Source of the DNA: Heptranchias perlo | Taxonomy: Eukaryota | Reading direction: 5' to 3' | Assembly: GCF_035084215.1 (NCBI RefSeq) | Contig: NW_027138569.1 | Coordinates: 310,001-374,000 of the forward strand | DNA: 64,000 bases | Shown here: positions 1 to 11,810 of the stretch, piece after piece | How the letters are laid out: each line of letters starts with the position of its first letter | Position numbering within the stretch: position 1 is the first letter of the stretch | The notes under the pieces: generated by a model | What the model was told of the DNA's origin: nothing | Databases searched by the model: none | What the model saw: the letters and a program-made list of their open reading frames with translations, nothing else | Translations under genes and position numbers: made by a program

Positions 1-1135
1 TGTTTGGATTTTCAAAAGGCATTCGATACTGTAGTGCATTGCAGATTCATCTGATGTCATAACATGTGGAGTCAGGGAACAGGTAGCAGAATGGATAGCA
101 AGCTGGCTACAAATTAGAAAACAGAGAGATTGGTTTAACGGTAGCTGCTCAGAATGGCAGACGTTGGGAAGTGGCTTTTCACATGGATCAGTGCTCGGGC
201 CACAGTTGCTGACAATTTCTATTAACAATTTGGACCGGGAATCAGGGGGTGTAGTTAATTCGAAGGAAGAATACGTCAGGTTGCAAGAAGACATTACTAA
301 ACTTGCAGAATGGGCGTGTAATTGGCAAATGAATTTCAATATATTTAATTGTGAAGTGGTGCATTTTGTTTGGGAGAATAAGCAGGACATATACTGCCTG
401 GATAGAAAGAGTTAAAATGGGGTAGACGAGCAACGGGATCTCGGGGTACAGGTATACAAATCAGCAAAAGAGGCGACGCATGTTTATAAGCCCATAAAAA
501 ATGCAAACCAAGCACTGGGTTCATTTCTAGAGGAATAGAATTGAAAAGGTGTGACGTTTAGTTAAACTTGTATAGAACTTTGCTTTTACCACACTTTGAG
601 TACTGTGTACAGTTATGGTCTCCATATTATAAAAATATATAGAGGCATTGAAGAAGGTGTATCAAAAGATTCAGAAGAATGATTCCAGAACTGAGAGAAC
701 ATACCTGTCAAGAAAGATTGAACAGGCTGGGGCTGTTTTTTTCTGGAAATTGAAAGGTTCAGGGTGACCTGATTGAGATCTTTTAGGTAATGAAAGTGTT
801 TGAAAGATTAATCGTAGAGAAAATGTTTCCACTTGTGGGGGAGTCCAAAATCAGACATCATAAATATAAGATTATCACTAATAAATCCAATGGGTAATTC
901 AGGAGAAACTTCATTCCCCAATGAGTGATTAGAATGTGGAACGCGCTACCACAAGGAGTATTTGAGCTAAATAGCACAGATGCATTTAAATGGAAGCGAG
1001 ATAAATACAGGAGGGAGAAAGGAATAGAAGGATATGCTGATGGGGTGAGATGAAGTAGGGAGGGAGGAGGCTCGTGTGAAGCATAAATTCAGACATAGAC
1101 ATGTTGGGCTGAATGGCCTGTTTCTCTGCTGTAGT
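1..1135 (+). mobile_element. CR1 LINE 3' fragment (degenerate RT C-terminus and 3' UTR)
   Basis: [14 protein letters not shown] and W...WQMNFN..CEVVHF remnants; 3' UTR GGGCTGAATGGCCTGTTTCT. Confidence 0.85.
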
Positions 1136-1375
1136 CACGATATTCCTCGATGATTTCAGCAACCTCAGACAGTTTAGTTGATTGGGCATGTAACACGCCA
1201 CATGAACACAAAGAAAAGAGGTAACGCTAAATTTTAAAAATCATTGCTTTGGCCAAAGGTGAAGATTGTGTACAGTTTCGGTGCCTTAATTTACCTAGGA
1301 TGTCAAGGCCACGGAGAGGGTGCAGAAGAGAATCACCGAGATTATGCCAAGGATGAGAGGCTTTAGCTATGAGAA

Positions 1376-2245
1376 GAACATAACAAAAACAACAAGTATT
1401 TAGATAGCGTCTTTAACGGAGTAAAACGTCCCAAGGCGCTTCACAGGGACGTTAACAAACAAAATTTGTCACCGAGTCGCATAAGGGATATTGGGACAAA
1501 TGAACAAAAGCCTTCTCAAAGAGAAAGATTTTAAGGAGCGTCTTAAAAAGGAGAGAGGGAGAGAGGCGGAGAGGTTTAGCGAGACAATTCCAGAAATTAA
1601 GGCCTGGGCTGCTGAATGCACGGCCACCAATTGTGGGGCGATGGAAATCGGGGATGAGCAAGAGGCCAGAATTCAAGGATCGCAAAGATTTCGGAGGGTT
1701 GTAGGGCTGGAGACGGTTACAGAGATAGAGAGAGGAGAGGCGATGGAGTGATTTGTGAACAAGGTTGAGAATTCTAGGGCTGGAGAACGTTGCAGAGATA
1801 GGGAGGGGCGAGGCTATGGAAGGATTTGACCACAAGGATGAGCATTTTAAGTTCGAGGTGTTGCTGGACTGGGAGACAATGTAGGTCAGTGAGCAAAGGG
1901 GTGACGGGTGAACGGGAGTTGGAGCGAGTTAGGTTACGATCAGCAGAGTTCTGTATGAGCTCATGTTTACGGAGAGTAGAAGGTGGCAGGCCGGCCCGGA
2001 GAGCATTGGAATTGTCGAGTACAGAGGTAACAAAAACATGGATGAAGGTTTCAGCAGCAGATGGGCCGAGGCAGGGGCGGAGACTGGGAACGTGATGGAC
2101 GTGGAAGTAGGCGGACTGGTGATGGAGTGGATACGGGGTCGGAAGCTCAGATCAGTGAGAAATGGGATGTGGAGGTTTCGAGCGGTTTGGTTCAGTCCCT
2201 GATCGTGGCCAGGGAGGGTGATAGAGTCGGTGGGAAAGGAACGGA
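1376..2245 (-). mobile_element. L2-clade LINE 3' fragment
   Basis: Reverse complement is homologous to 13.1-14.25 kb (IGGRAFS..G...WN.L...LRL, FKTLLK.FLF). Confidence 0.75.
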
Positions 2246-2321
2246 GAGAAACGTGGGCTATTTTCTTGAGAACCAGAAAGTGAAGAGGCAGTAAAATTGT
2301 AACTGTTTTTGATAAGCCACA

Positions 2322-2720
2322 TGGAGAAAAACTCTTTGCCGCGGTCGATAACTAGCGGGTATGAATTTAAATGCAAAATAAACTATTTACTTTGGTCGAT
2401 AACTGGTGGCTATATTTTTAAATGGAGAGAAACTATTTACCGTGGGCTATAACTAGTGGGTATAAGTTTAAATTGAGAGAAAATGTTTACTGTGGTCGAT
2501 ACCTAGTGGGTATAAGTTTAAATGGAGAGAAACTATTTACCGTGGGCTATAACTAGTGGGTATAATTTTAAATGGACGGAAACTATTTGCCGTGGTTTAT
2601 AACTAGAGGGTATAAGTTTAAATTGAGAGAAACTATTTACCGTGGTCGATACCTAGTGGGTATAGGTTTAAATGCAGGGAAACTATTTGACGTGGTTTAT
2701 AACTAGTGGGTATAAGTTTG
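2322..2720. repeat. 50-bp minisatellite, ~8 copies
   Basis: AAATGGAGAGAAACTATTTACCGTGGGCTATAACTAGTGGGTATAAGTTT; the ACTAGTGGG-like core recurs every 50 bp from ~2351 to 2701. Confidence 0.9.
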
Positions 2721-3761
2721 AGATCATCAGCCAAAGATGAATGGAGATATTTGGAGATTTATTTTTATTTTGGAGATGGTTGTCAGGACACGGACCATCC
2801 TACCATAAACAATGCTGTTTGCAGAATCATGGTATCATAGTAGGTACAGCACAGGGGAGGACATTCTGCCCACTGTGTCTCTGCTGGCTCTTTGAAAGAG
2901 CTATCCAATTAGTCCCATGTCTCTGCTCTTCCCCGTACCCCTGGAAATTAAGTTAAAAGGAAGTAGGCAAATATTGAGAAAGAATGTACCGGGAAAGAAC
3001 AGGGGAATCGGACTGCGCACATCCAGCCCTGATTATCGCCCCCTAAAGGTGAATAGATATCAAATCACAGGCCGGGAATCTACAATTTCCCCATGTACTC
3101 TCCCGGCGTGAGCCATGGGCGGGCCAGCGGAATTTCCACTGGGAAGCGGATAGCTCTTCCACAGAGCCCGCAGTGGCGCGATGGGCCGAATGAATCCTTC
3201 AGTGCTGTAAAATATTTAAATTCTATCGCTCCTTCACCTGACATTACCAAAACCACTGCTGTCTCTGACCTCTGATGTTACAAACTCGTTGCTGCAATCG
3301 TCTTGAAATCCAAACAACTCCTTCCTTAAGAAACGCCTATTGCAAAATATTTCCCGGCAAAGTGACGACATGAAGCTGCTCCATCCCCAGGAAAATTAAA
3401 GCATGTTACTGGTAACAATAATCGATGTACATTTAAAATCTGACTGTCACTACACACCATGGACAGTATAGATATTTTCCTTAAAATACATTGATCATTA
3501 TTCACTCCGAAATTAACAAGTGATAAGAACATTATTTGAATGTTCGTTCATGACCGGAACTCATTTATCCCAACACGCCCACTGTAATATCAGCACATTT
3601 AAACCCAGCTTCAATGCATCCATGTGTGTTTAATTTGACAGTGTCCGTGGCTGCGAGCAACGTGATACTGACCAGATAATCTGTTTTTAGGTGTTGGTTG
3701 AGGAATAAGTATTGGCCAGGACTCGATATAAACGGTTTAATTGTCATTGTAATTTTCTCAG

Positions 3762-4079
3762 TACAACTTACTCCACCGATCATCAGTCTCCTCTACTCTG
3801 CAAGTGACGAACTGACAGCAAAGGGTTTTGTGCAACTGGTTTGCCTCATCAGCGAATATCAGCCAGAAAGCATTGCAGTGAGCTGGCAGAAAAACGGAAA
3901 CGCTGTACAATCGGGCTTTACAACCACATCCCCAGTTAAAAATTCGAATGGTGATTTTAGCTCCACGAGTCTCCTTAAAGTCACCCTGCAGGAATGGAAC
4001 AGCGGGTCTCTTTACAGCTGCCAAGTGTCCCATTCTGCAACCAACAGTAACCAGCAGAAAGACATTAGAAAAACATCAG
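3762..4079 (+). CDS. IgNAR: IgNAR heavy chain constant exon C1
   Basis: Acceptor ttttctcAG (3760-61), donor G|GTGAGA (4080); 318 nt, phase 1/1. Translates (V)QLTPPIISLLYSASDELTAKGFVQLVCLISEYQPESIAVSWQKNG...DFSSTSLLKVTLQEWNSGSLYSCQVSHSATNSNQQKDIRKTS, a C1-set Ig domain (C-W-YSC) matching remembered shark IgNAR C1 (FVQLVCLIS, YSCQVSHSAT). Confidence 0.95.
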
Positions 4080-4868
4080 GTGAGAAAATGCAACCAAATT
4101 CACAAGCTTGCACAGGTGAAACATGTTGACTTTCTTTCTCAGTATTGGATTAGTTGGGATGTTATTGTGATAATTTATCTGTGCCAGCTTATGGTGCAGT
4201 GAGACAGTAAAGATAGTTGGGGATGTTTCAGCAGCAATGGCTGAGGTTCCTGAAGGTGCTCGCTGCCAGGCGGATGTTGCAAAAGGCATGACTATGAGAT
4301 CTTGACAAATACATGAATATTATTCTATGGTCAGGGTAACACATTGATCAAACACTTTTATGATATTGCAAGCAATTTACAAATAATTGTGATACATCCT
4401 ATTTAATTAATTCACCAGATCAATCCACAGGAAACAGAGCAGAAATGTATGTTTTACACACTAGGGATCAAACTTTAACAATGCGGTTCTGTTACTTTTT
4501 ACATTTGTGAGGATTTATTGTGTGTGATACTGGATATCAGTACAAAAATGTGTTTTAAAAAATGAAACGGGTGAGAGACGGACGGAGATAGAAACGAGAA
4601 AAGCAGAAAGAAAGAGGGAGAGATAGACAGAGAGGAGGTGCTGTATAAAGATTGAACCTACAGATACGGTCACAAAACCCGCAACAATAAGCTGTTCTTC
4701 CTTTTAGAAAAATTGTTTAAAAGACACGGGTAAGGGCCGGGGAATACGACTAAGTGGATAGCACATTCAGAGAGCCAGCAGACACGATGAACCGAATGGC
4801 CCTCTGAGCTGTAGAATTCAGTCAATCTTTCTCTCTTTCTTTCTCTCCCTCTCTCTCTCTCTCTCTGT

Positions 4869-5045
4869 CATGATGTGGAGATGCCGGTGATGGACACGGC
4901 TGGACAAATGTAAGGACTTGCACAACATCAGTTTATAGTCCACCAGTTTTATTTTAAATCACAAGCTTTCGGAGCTTACCTCCTTCGTCAGGTGACGAAA
5001 ATAAAACTGTTGGACTTTCACCTGGTGTTGTGCAAGTCCTTACAT
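4869..5045 (-). mobile_element. Short fold-back Penelope pseudo-LTR derivative inserted in a (CT)n tract
   Basis: Starts TGATGTGGAGATGCCGGTGATGGAC (reverse complement of the element end at ~36580-36606). Inverted arms ATGTAAGGACTTGCACAACA...TTTTATTTT and AAAATAAAA...TGTTGTGCAAGTCCTTACAT flank the hammerhead. Confidence 0.8.
4959..4995 (-). ncRNA. Minimal type I hammerhead ribozyme (antisense, IgNAR C1-C2 intron)
   Basis: Reverse complement reads TCAC-CTGACGA-aGGAGgtaagCTCC-GAAA-GC-TT-GTGA: perfect stem I TCAC/GTGA, stem II GGAG/CTCC and intact core. Confidence 0.72.
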
Positions 5046-5595
5046 CTCTCTCTGCTGTCTCTCTCTGTGCCTCTCTATCTCTGTCCCTCTCTCTCTCTCT
5101 CTGTCTGTATCTCTCTCTCGCTCTGCTGTCTCTCAATATCTGTCTCTCTCAATTTGTCTCTGTTCCTTTCTCTCTCTGTGTCCCTTTCTCTCTCTCTGTG
5201 TCCCCCTTTCTCCGTCTCTCTCTGTCTTGCTCTCTCACCCTGTTTCTCTCTAACTGTTCGCCTGTCTCTTCCTTTTTCTTTCTCTCTGTCCTTCTCTCTC
5301 TGATTCTCTCTCCCTATCTGTCTGTCACGCTCTGTCTCTCCATGTCCCTCTCTCTCTGTCTCTTGTTTCTCTCTCTCTCTCTTAGTTTCGTTGAGTTGTA
5401 CATAGTTTTGATTCGACTCAACATACGCGCAAACACCAAAATTATTTTTAAAAATTCAATAATAATCAGTAAGATACATGGTCACACCTTGCCGTGTTAT
5501 GGATTATCAATGAAATTAAAATCCTTGTTAAATTTCCGAAATCATCAACACTAAATCATCGCCCCGATTCTGAATCTCTCGTTTCTCACTGACAG

Positions 5596-5898
5596 AGCTC
5601 GCGGTATTTCTCAGAGACCCTTCCGTTGTCGAAGTTTGGCTCAATAAAACTGCCACCCTGGTGTGTGAAGTGGTCTCTACGGTTCCCACGGAGGTTACCA
5701 TCTCTTGGACAGTGGGTGGAAAGATAAAGAATGAAGGAGTTCAAATTGAACCAGCTCAAAAGGATGGAAACCAATACCTGACCATCAGCCACTTGACCAG
5801 CAGCGTGGCAGAGTGGGATAGCGGGGTTGAATACTCATGTTCGGCACAACAGGATCAATCATCTCCTCCGGTATTAAAACGAACCGGAAAGACAAGAG
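5596..5898 (+). CDS. IgNAR: IgNAR constant exon C2
   Basis: Acceptor ctgacAG (5594-95), donor G|GTGGGT (5899); 303 nt. (E)LAVFLRDPSVVEVWLNKTATLVCEVVSTVPTEVTISWTVGGKIKNEGVQIEPAQKDGNQYLTISHLTSSVAEWDSGVEYSCSAQQDQSSPPVLKRTGKTR. Confidence 0.95.
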
Positions 5899-5974
5899 GT
5901 GGGTAAAATATCTATAGACATGTTTTCGAATGGCAATGGATGGAAGACTAACACTTATTGAACTTCCGTTACAG

Positions 5975-6292
5975 TCGAGCCAGTCAAACCAAAGCTCCGC
6001 CTCCTTCCTCCACCACCAGAGGAGAGTCAAAGTAGGAGCGCCCCGACTCTCACATGTCTGATAACAGGATTCTACCCTGACAACATAATCGTTTCCTGGG
6101 AGAAGGACGGAGCTGCTTTAAGCACGAACGTTACCAGTTTCCCCAGTGCTCTTGAACAGGACCTAACCTTCAGCACAAGGAGCAACCTCATTTTGCCTTC
6201 AGAGGAATGGAAGAAAGGATCAAGATACACCTGTACCGCCTCACATCCCCCTTCACAATCCGGCGTGAAGGCGACCATCCGCAATCTGGAAG
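5975..6292 (+). CDS. IgNAR: IgNAR constant exon C3
   Basis: Not in the ORF track; translated by hand. Acceptor ttccgttacAG (5973-74) after a 76-bp intron, donor G|GTACGG (6293); 318 nt. (V)EPVKPKLRLLPPPPEESQSRSAPTLTCLITGFYPDNIIVSWEKDGAALSTNVTSFPSALEQDLTFSTRSNLILPSEEWKKGSRYTCTASHPPSQSGVKATIRNLE. Confidence 0.95.
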
Positions 6293-8897
6293 GTACGGAC
6301 AGTTTTTCAAAATACTTTCACACAATAATGATTTTTACTTAAATCTAAGGCCAAACCAGAACCACACACGCACTAGCGATCACATCCCTCTAGGTTACAG
6401 ATATAACAACATTTATGGCTATCAATTAATGCGGCTTTAATTCTCAGGCAGCAATTAGACGATAAAATGATCAGCACTCTGAATGTGTTCGCCGCCACAA
6501 GCTATGTGAGGACCCAATAGTAAGAAGGGGCAGGATAAGGATCTATTTAACCTCACTGCACGGTACCCTGGTGATTGTGGGCTTTCTTTAAACAACAATA
6601 TGCAGTATCTGAAGACACTAAATCCACTTTTCACCGGGCAGAGTGTTCCATACTATGTGGGGAGAAGACTTTGAGTGGCGTTTACTTCACTCTGCACTGC
6701 CTTGTTTCGGTTTAGCTGGAAACTGAGTGGTTGCCAGCAGCGAAATTCAAAACAAAAAAAACAGCCATTTCACAGGGCACCCAACCAATTGATGTGAGGA
6801 ACATTGTACATTTCAAGTGTTCAAATCTTCTGAACCGCCAGCGCTATACGTTAGAGGAGGAGACAAATAACGTGTTAATTGACTGAACCCAATGATGTGA
6901 CCTTTTGTTTTGATGAGTGTAAACTCCGCTCGTGTGATTAGTTTGTTTCAGTTCGAATTGTTTTTGTTCAATCAAATTGACGCATTTGCTCAATAACTGG
7001 CCCAGCACCACCGTGCTCTGGGTGGGGAAACTTTTAAACTTCTCTCGATCTTTGGTTGGATCCCCGATTACTGCTGAGTTCGTTGATCTCACCTGGTGGC
7101 GTTCGGGACCTTATAATCAGACTTAGTGTCCATAGATTTGTGAAGTGGCAATAGCGCATTGTTCTGCTCCTGGTCTATGGTAAGTGCATGTATGGTCACT
7201 CTGGGAACAACAAGATAGGAGTTGCCTGCGATGCCCTCACTGTACAATGGCCTACTGATACTGCATAGGAGGACTCAGGAAGTATAGACCATTGGATGAG
7301 GTACCGGAGGGCAACCTATAGTTCTCATACACCAGTGAGGAAAAGAGGGGATATAATAGCAAACACTGTTATTAGACTCAAACTCGGGCTCCTCCGATTG
7401 GTAAGCAGCTGTACACTATAATGGCCCTGTACACTAAGAAGTTCCTGTGTTTCACCTCCCGATCTTCACTGAGTTAACTGATCTCAACTGGTAGATTTTT
7501 GGAAGTTACGGTGGACTACGCACATCCGGGTTACTGTGCATACACCCGTTCTTGTTTCTTCCTCCAATTGGGGGAGACCTAGTTGAAGTCGGGGTGTTCA
7601 CACCTCTGCTGACGGCAGGATTGGAATGGGCTCTGTTGCTTTCACCGTAGAGTAGGCTGTTGAATCGCACTCTTTCTGCTGATTCACGAAGAATGGCCAC
7701 TTGAGAGATACTCAAGGTGACCTTCCTCTGTGAAGCCTGTACCGGATTAGCAATAAAACACCGACATTTATTTCCCACCTTTAAGCGCCTCATACCGTTT
7801 CACAGAGTTTTAAGGAAAACAATCACCAATATGGGAGATTATGAGGTGTGACCAAAATCTTGTTGGGTTTGGAAGAGGGTCTGAAAGTGGGAGCAGGAGG
7901 AGAAGAGGCGGAGAGGATTAGGGAGGAAAGTTCAGCGCGGGACCTGGGACCTAATCAAGGTATCACCACCTTCCGTATGTATGAAAATAGTCTTGTCCGT
8001 TTTGTTATTTCTAGTCCTATTCCCGGATCATTAGATTTCCACAGAATGTTCAGCGGCCTGAAGTTCACCCAACACCTACACGGTTTATTTCAGCAACTCA
8101 GGTGAATGAGAGTTAAAGTAAAAGAACATCGTTACAACTACAATCACCACACTTGTTGCTGCTATAAGAACTTCTGTACGTTTTCACTCAATCTTTGGCT
8201 CCCTCAGATATCAAGGTTAAGTCCCTGAATTATGCCTTTTGGTTGTCGCTCAATTCTGACCACTCCAAAAACAGTCTTTGACAAATGTGAAAATGTCAGT
8301 TGACTTTTCCGTGATTTATAACATGAAGCAGCAGCGGATCGACGCTACAATGTTGTGGAGAAGTACGAATAATTATCCTCCTGGAAAGCCGGCACCATTA
8401 ACCGATGGTACCAAGGCCATTTTCCAGCGGTTGCCCAATTTATTATCAGGTCGTTGATAATTCGTGCTCTGCACAGACCCAGAAAGTTGATATTTAATGA
8501 TGTGTCTTCTGAAAATCGAAGTGCATTTAGGTGTCTACTCAAATAGCCCCAGTGGCGGCATAAAACCTAACGTGGACTTCCCAGAACAATAGTTTGTACC
8601 AATTTCACTCCACTGTCACGGTGATTGTTAGACGATCATTAATAATATCCTGTAAAGCGTACATCAGACTTTTCCTCCAGATCTGCTGCTCCATAAACTG
8701 TTACATGATTCTCCCTGTTTGGGTTTGGTTCCAATTTTCCAATGTGGCATCGTACTGCCCTCAGGTGCAAGCCATGCATTAACAGACTTTTAAACTACCT
8801 GGAGGAGTCTGGGATGCTTCCTTACTTCGTTCGTTGGGAACCCAGGAATATATCCCAATTAGTACAGTTAAAATTCAAACTAACCTTAGCATGTTGT

Positions 8898-9097
8898 AAA
8901 TCAGAAATTAGAATAGAAATTGCGAGAAAAACAGAGCAGGCCCGTCAGAATCTGTAAAGATAGATAGTGTTGTAAGATCCTTACTGAGAACTCAAACCCA
9001 CTCTCTGGAACTGTCTGACCTCCTCAGCCCCACGCTGTCCTTTCTGTGTAGAGATGCCGCAGAGCGACTGATTTTTGCAGCATTTTCTGTTGTTATT
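8898..9097. mobile_element. Degenerate Penelope-derived short inverted element
   Basis: Ends resemble the common shark pattern AAAACAG...CAGCATCTGT / AGATGC...GCAGCATTTTCTGTT; the centre is decayed. Confidence 0.4.
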
Positions 9098-9739
9098 AAC
9101 GATATTATCCCGTCGGGTCTGCTCATCCAATGTGAATCAAAGGCTTCGACTTCCTTTGCAGCACACACTTTTTTCTCCCCTTAGTATATTACAGATCCCA
9201 GGTCAATCTTCCCCGAAACTGAAGTCGCCCATTGTCTTCATTTTAGAAGACTGAGGTAAAGATCTCATTGCTGCAATCACAGCATTTCCTTCAGGTGAAA
9301 TTTCTGCTGCTCGTTCCTTCCAAATACCTTTGTGTTGTAACTCAGTTTCCTGCTTGAACTTGTGGAGATGATTCATCTTGTTCCAACCAATCATCTGTTT
9401 TCTTCTTGCCCTCCTATCATGTCGTTTTACTGCTAAAGGATGGTCATTTTTGGAAATGAAGAAATCGCCAAACCCCTTCAGATAAGAGAGACCTTGGAAC
9501 ACACACTGTGAAATAAACCCCACTCATTTTATGGAAGGATGATAATCTAATGTGTTTAAATCAGAGATCACTGTAGACAAGTATATGGTCATATCTGAGA
9601 AGCTGGAAGGAGAGAGAATGGAAGTGATTACAATCAGTCTGGAAACAGGTTTTATAACACTCCCCTCTGGAGCATTGGCATCATTGAGAGAAACGGAGCA
9701 ATTTTAGTGCAAGATTACAAAACAAAGTTTTAATATTGG

Positions 9740-9807
9740 ACACCCCCACAGTGGACCAATGTGACGTGCCCATTGGCAATGGGCACTTTGTTCCACTGTG
9801 GGGGTGT
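9740..9807. repeat. 68-bp imperfect palindrome / hairpin
   Basis: CACCCCCACAGTGGA..GTGCCCATTG-G-CAATGGGCAC..TCCACTGTGGGGGTG. Confidence 0.8.
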
Positions 9808-10708
9808 TGGATAGTTCAGAGTTGACATCCCAGTTGAATATAATGAAGGCGGAGTTTATAATTTTCAGAGTAATACATTAAGCTTTCAGCGAGAACGCGG
9901 TGGGAGGATTCTTTGAGATTGTATCTCATGCATAAAGTAACGATCTCGACGGTCAGAGTGACTCTTTCACTTTAAAACTGGAGGAGTGTTTTCCCACTTT
10001 CTGGTAGTATTTCCGTTCCTGCTCTCAAGGTGTAGATATCGAGCAAGTGTGGACAAGGTATATCATCGACAGGTCATGGACTTCCTCACTTTACACTCTT
10101 CAAACAATGCGTCTTAAAGCTCAACCTTCCAAAAGCGCTCTTTCCTCGGCCTGAGTGGCAGTTTGTATTTCTCGACACTGTCTACCTTCTCTAAGTGAAA
10201 GAGCAAAATCGGTGCCAAATGGTGCAGAACATCTGCAGGTTGGTGCTGAGGGCACGTTTGCTTTCGCCGTTGATTTGATTGGTCGGACCGAGGCAATCTC
10301 ATTTCAGACCCAAGCTTTAGGACTGGAAAATATAGGACCTTTACATGAGGTTTATTGGAACTCACCACATACAGGCCACAGGGCAGCGTTTGACATCCAG
10401 CATCAGTCAGTTTGATTGGTGAAGGTTTGTATCACCAGAGCGGGCAAAATGAGGTCCCCATTTAAAACCAGTCAGTTCTCGAATAGTGGAATGGTCGGAT
10501 ATATTGTGGAGGACATCATCCAAAGAAGCCAGAGGGAAGAAAGCAACGAGCCCAGATGGGCTCTGTCCTAATAGCTCAGCAGAAATAAGCTGAGAAAACT
10601 CATAACAGCCGACAGTAAGTATGATTTAATTTTTTGAGTATGTTGCCGTCGTTATTACCCGTGGTTTCAACATGACACAATGAAATGACCATTCCCTCTT
10701 CTTTCCAG

Positions 10709-11029
10709 GTGTATGTCATGAGACAGACATTTCTGTCACCATACTGAACCCTTCTTTTGAAGAGATTTGGACCAAACGAACAGCGACCATTGTTTGTGAA
10801 GTCGTTTATAGCGATTTAGAAAACGTCAGCGTGTCCTGGCAAGTGGATGGGAGTCGGAGAACGGAAGGAGTGGAGACTCAGGCTCCTGAGTGGAATGGAA
10901 GTAAATCCACAATCGTTAGTAAACTAAAAGTCACCACGACAGAATGGGGCAGTGGGGTTGAATATTTGTGTTTCGTGGAAGACATTGAATTGCCAACACC
11001 AGTGAAAATCTCCACCAGAAAAGTAAAGG
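10709..11029 (+). CDS. IgNAR: IgNAR constant exon C4
   Basis: Acceptor ctcttctttccAG (10707-08), donor G|GTAAGC (11030); 321 nt. (G)VCHETDISVTILNPSFEEIWTKRTATIVCEVVYSDLENVSVSWQVDG...EWGSGVEYLCFVEDIELPTPVKISTRKVK; the extra N-terminal Cys is typical of IgNAR C4. Confidence 0.95.
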
Positions 11030-11107
11030 GTAAGCACAGATAATATTCGTTCAGAGACTGACGCTACTCCATCAATGGTCGTCAAAGATCATTCATTTTC
11101 TACATTA

Positions 11108-11810
11108 AGGATAGTGATAGACTTCAAGATGATATCGACAGGCTGGTGGAATGGACGGACACATGGCAGATGAAATACAACGCAGAAAAGTGTGAATTGA
11201 TACCTTTAGGAAGGAAGAACGAGAAGAGGCAATATAAACTAAAGGGTACATTTCTGAAAGGGGAGCAGGAACAGAAAGACCTGGGGGTATATGTGCCTAA
11301 ACCGTTGAAGGTGGCAGGGCAGGTTGAGAAAGCGATTAAGAAAGCTTAGGGGAACCTGGGATTTATAAATAGAGGCAGAGAGTGCAAAAGCAAGGTGGTT
11401 ATGATGAATCTTTATAAAACAGTGGTTCGATTACAACTGGAGTATTGTGACCAGTTCTGGGCACCGCGCTGTTGGGAGGATGTGAATGCCTTGGGGAGAG
11501 TGCAGAAGAGTTTTAATGGAATGGTTCCAGGGATGAAGGACTTCGGTACGTGGTTAGACTGGAGAAGATGGGGCTGTTTTCCTTAGAACAGAGAAGTTTA
11601 CAAGAACATTTGATCGAGGTATTCAAAATCATGAAGGGTGGAAACTGTGTCGATGGAGAGAGACTGCCCCCATTGGGTGAAGGGTCAAGAACCAGAGGAC
11701 ATAATTTTGCAGGGATACGGGAATCGGGCAGGGGAGTGGGGCGAGCTGGATTGCTCTTGCAGAGAAACGGCACGTACTCGACGGGCCGTAACAATTCTAT
11801 GATATCATGA
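11108..11810 (+). mobile_element. CR1 LINE 3' fragment in C4-C5 intron
   Basis: EWTDTWQMKYNAEKCELI, LYKTVVRLQLEYCDQFWAP, LFSLEQRSL; CR1-type 3' tail. Confidence 0.88.

Larger units (their letters stand above)
4826..5382. repeat. Degenerate (CT)n microsatellite
   Basis: Long polypyrimidine CT/CTGT tract interrupted by the Penelope derivative. Confidence 0.9.

Noticed and set aside
1-3761. IgNAR V, D or J segments
   Set aside because: No GxGTxxTV J motif, V domain or complete RSS seen; the region is LINE- and minisatellite-rich intron.
4954-5554. Hydrophobic and charged ORFs (also 42682-43063, 34133-34720, 41975-42543)
   Set aside because: Translations of microsatellites and minisatellites with no splice or domain support.
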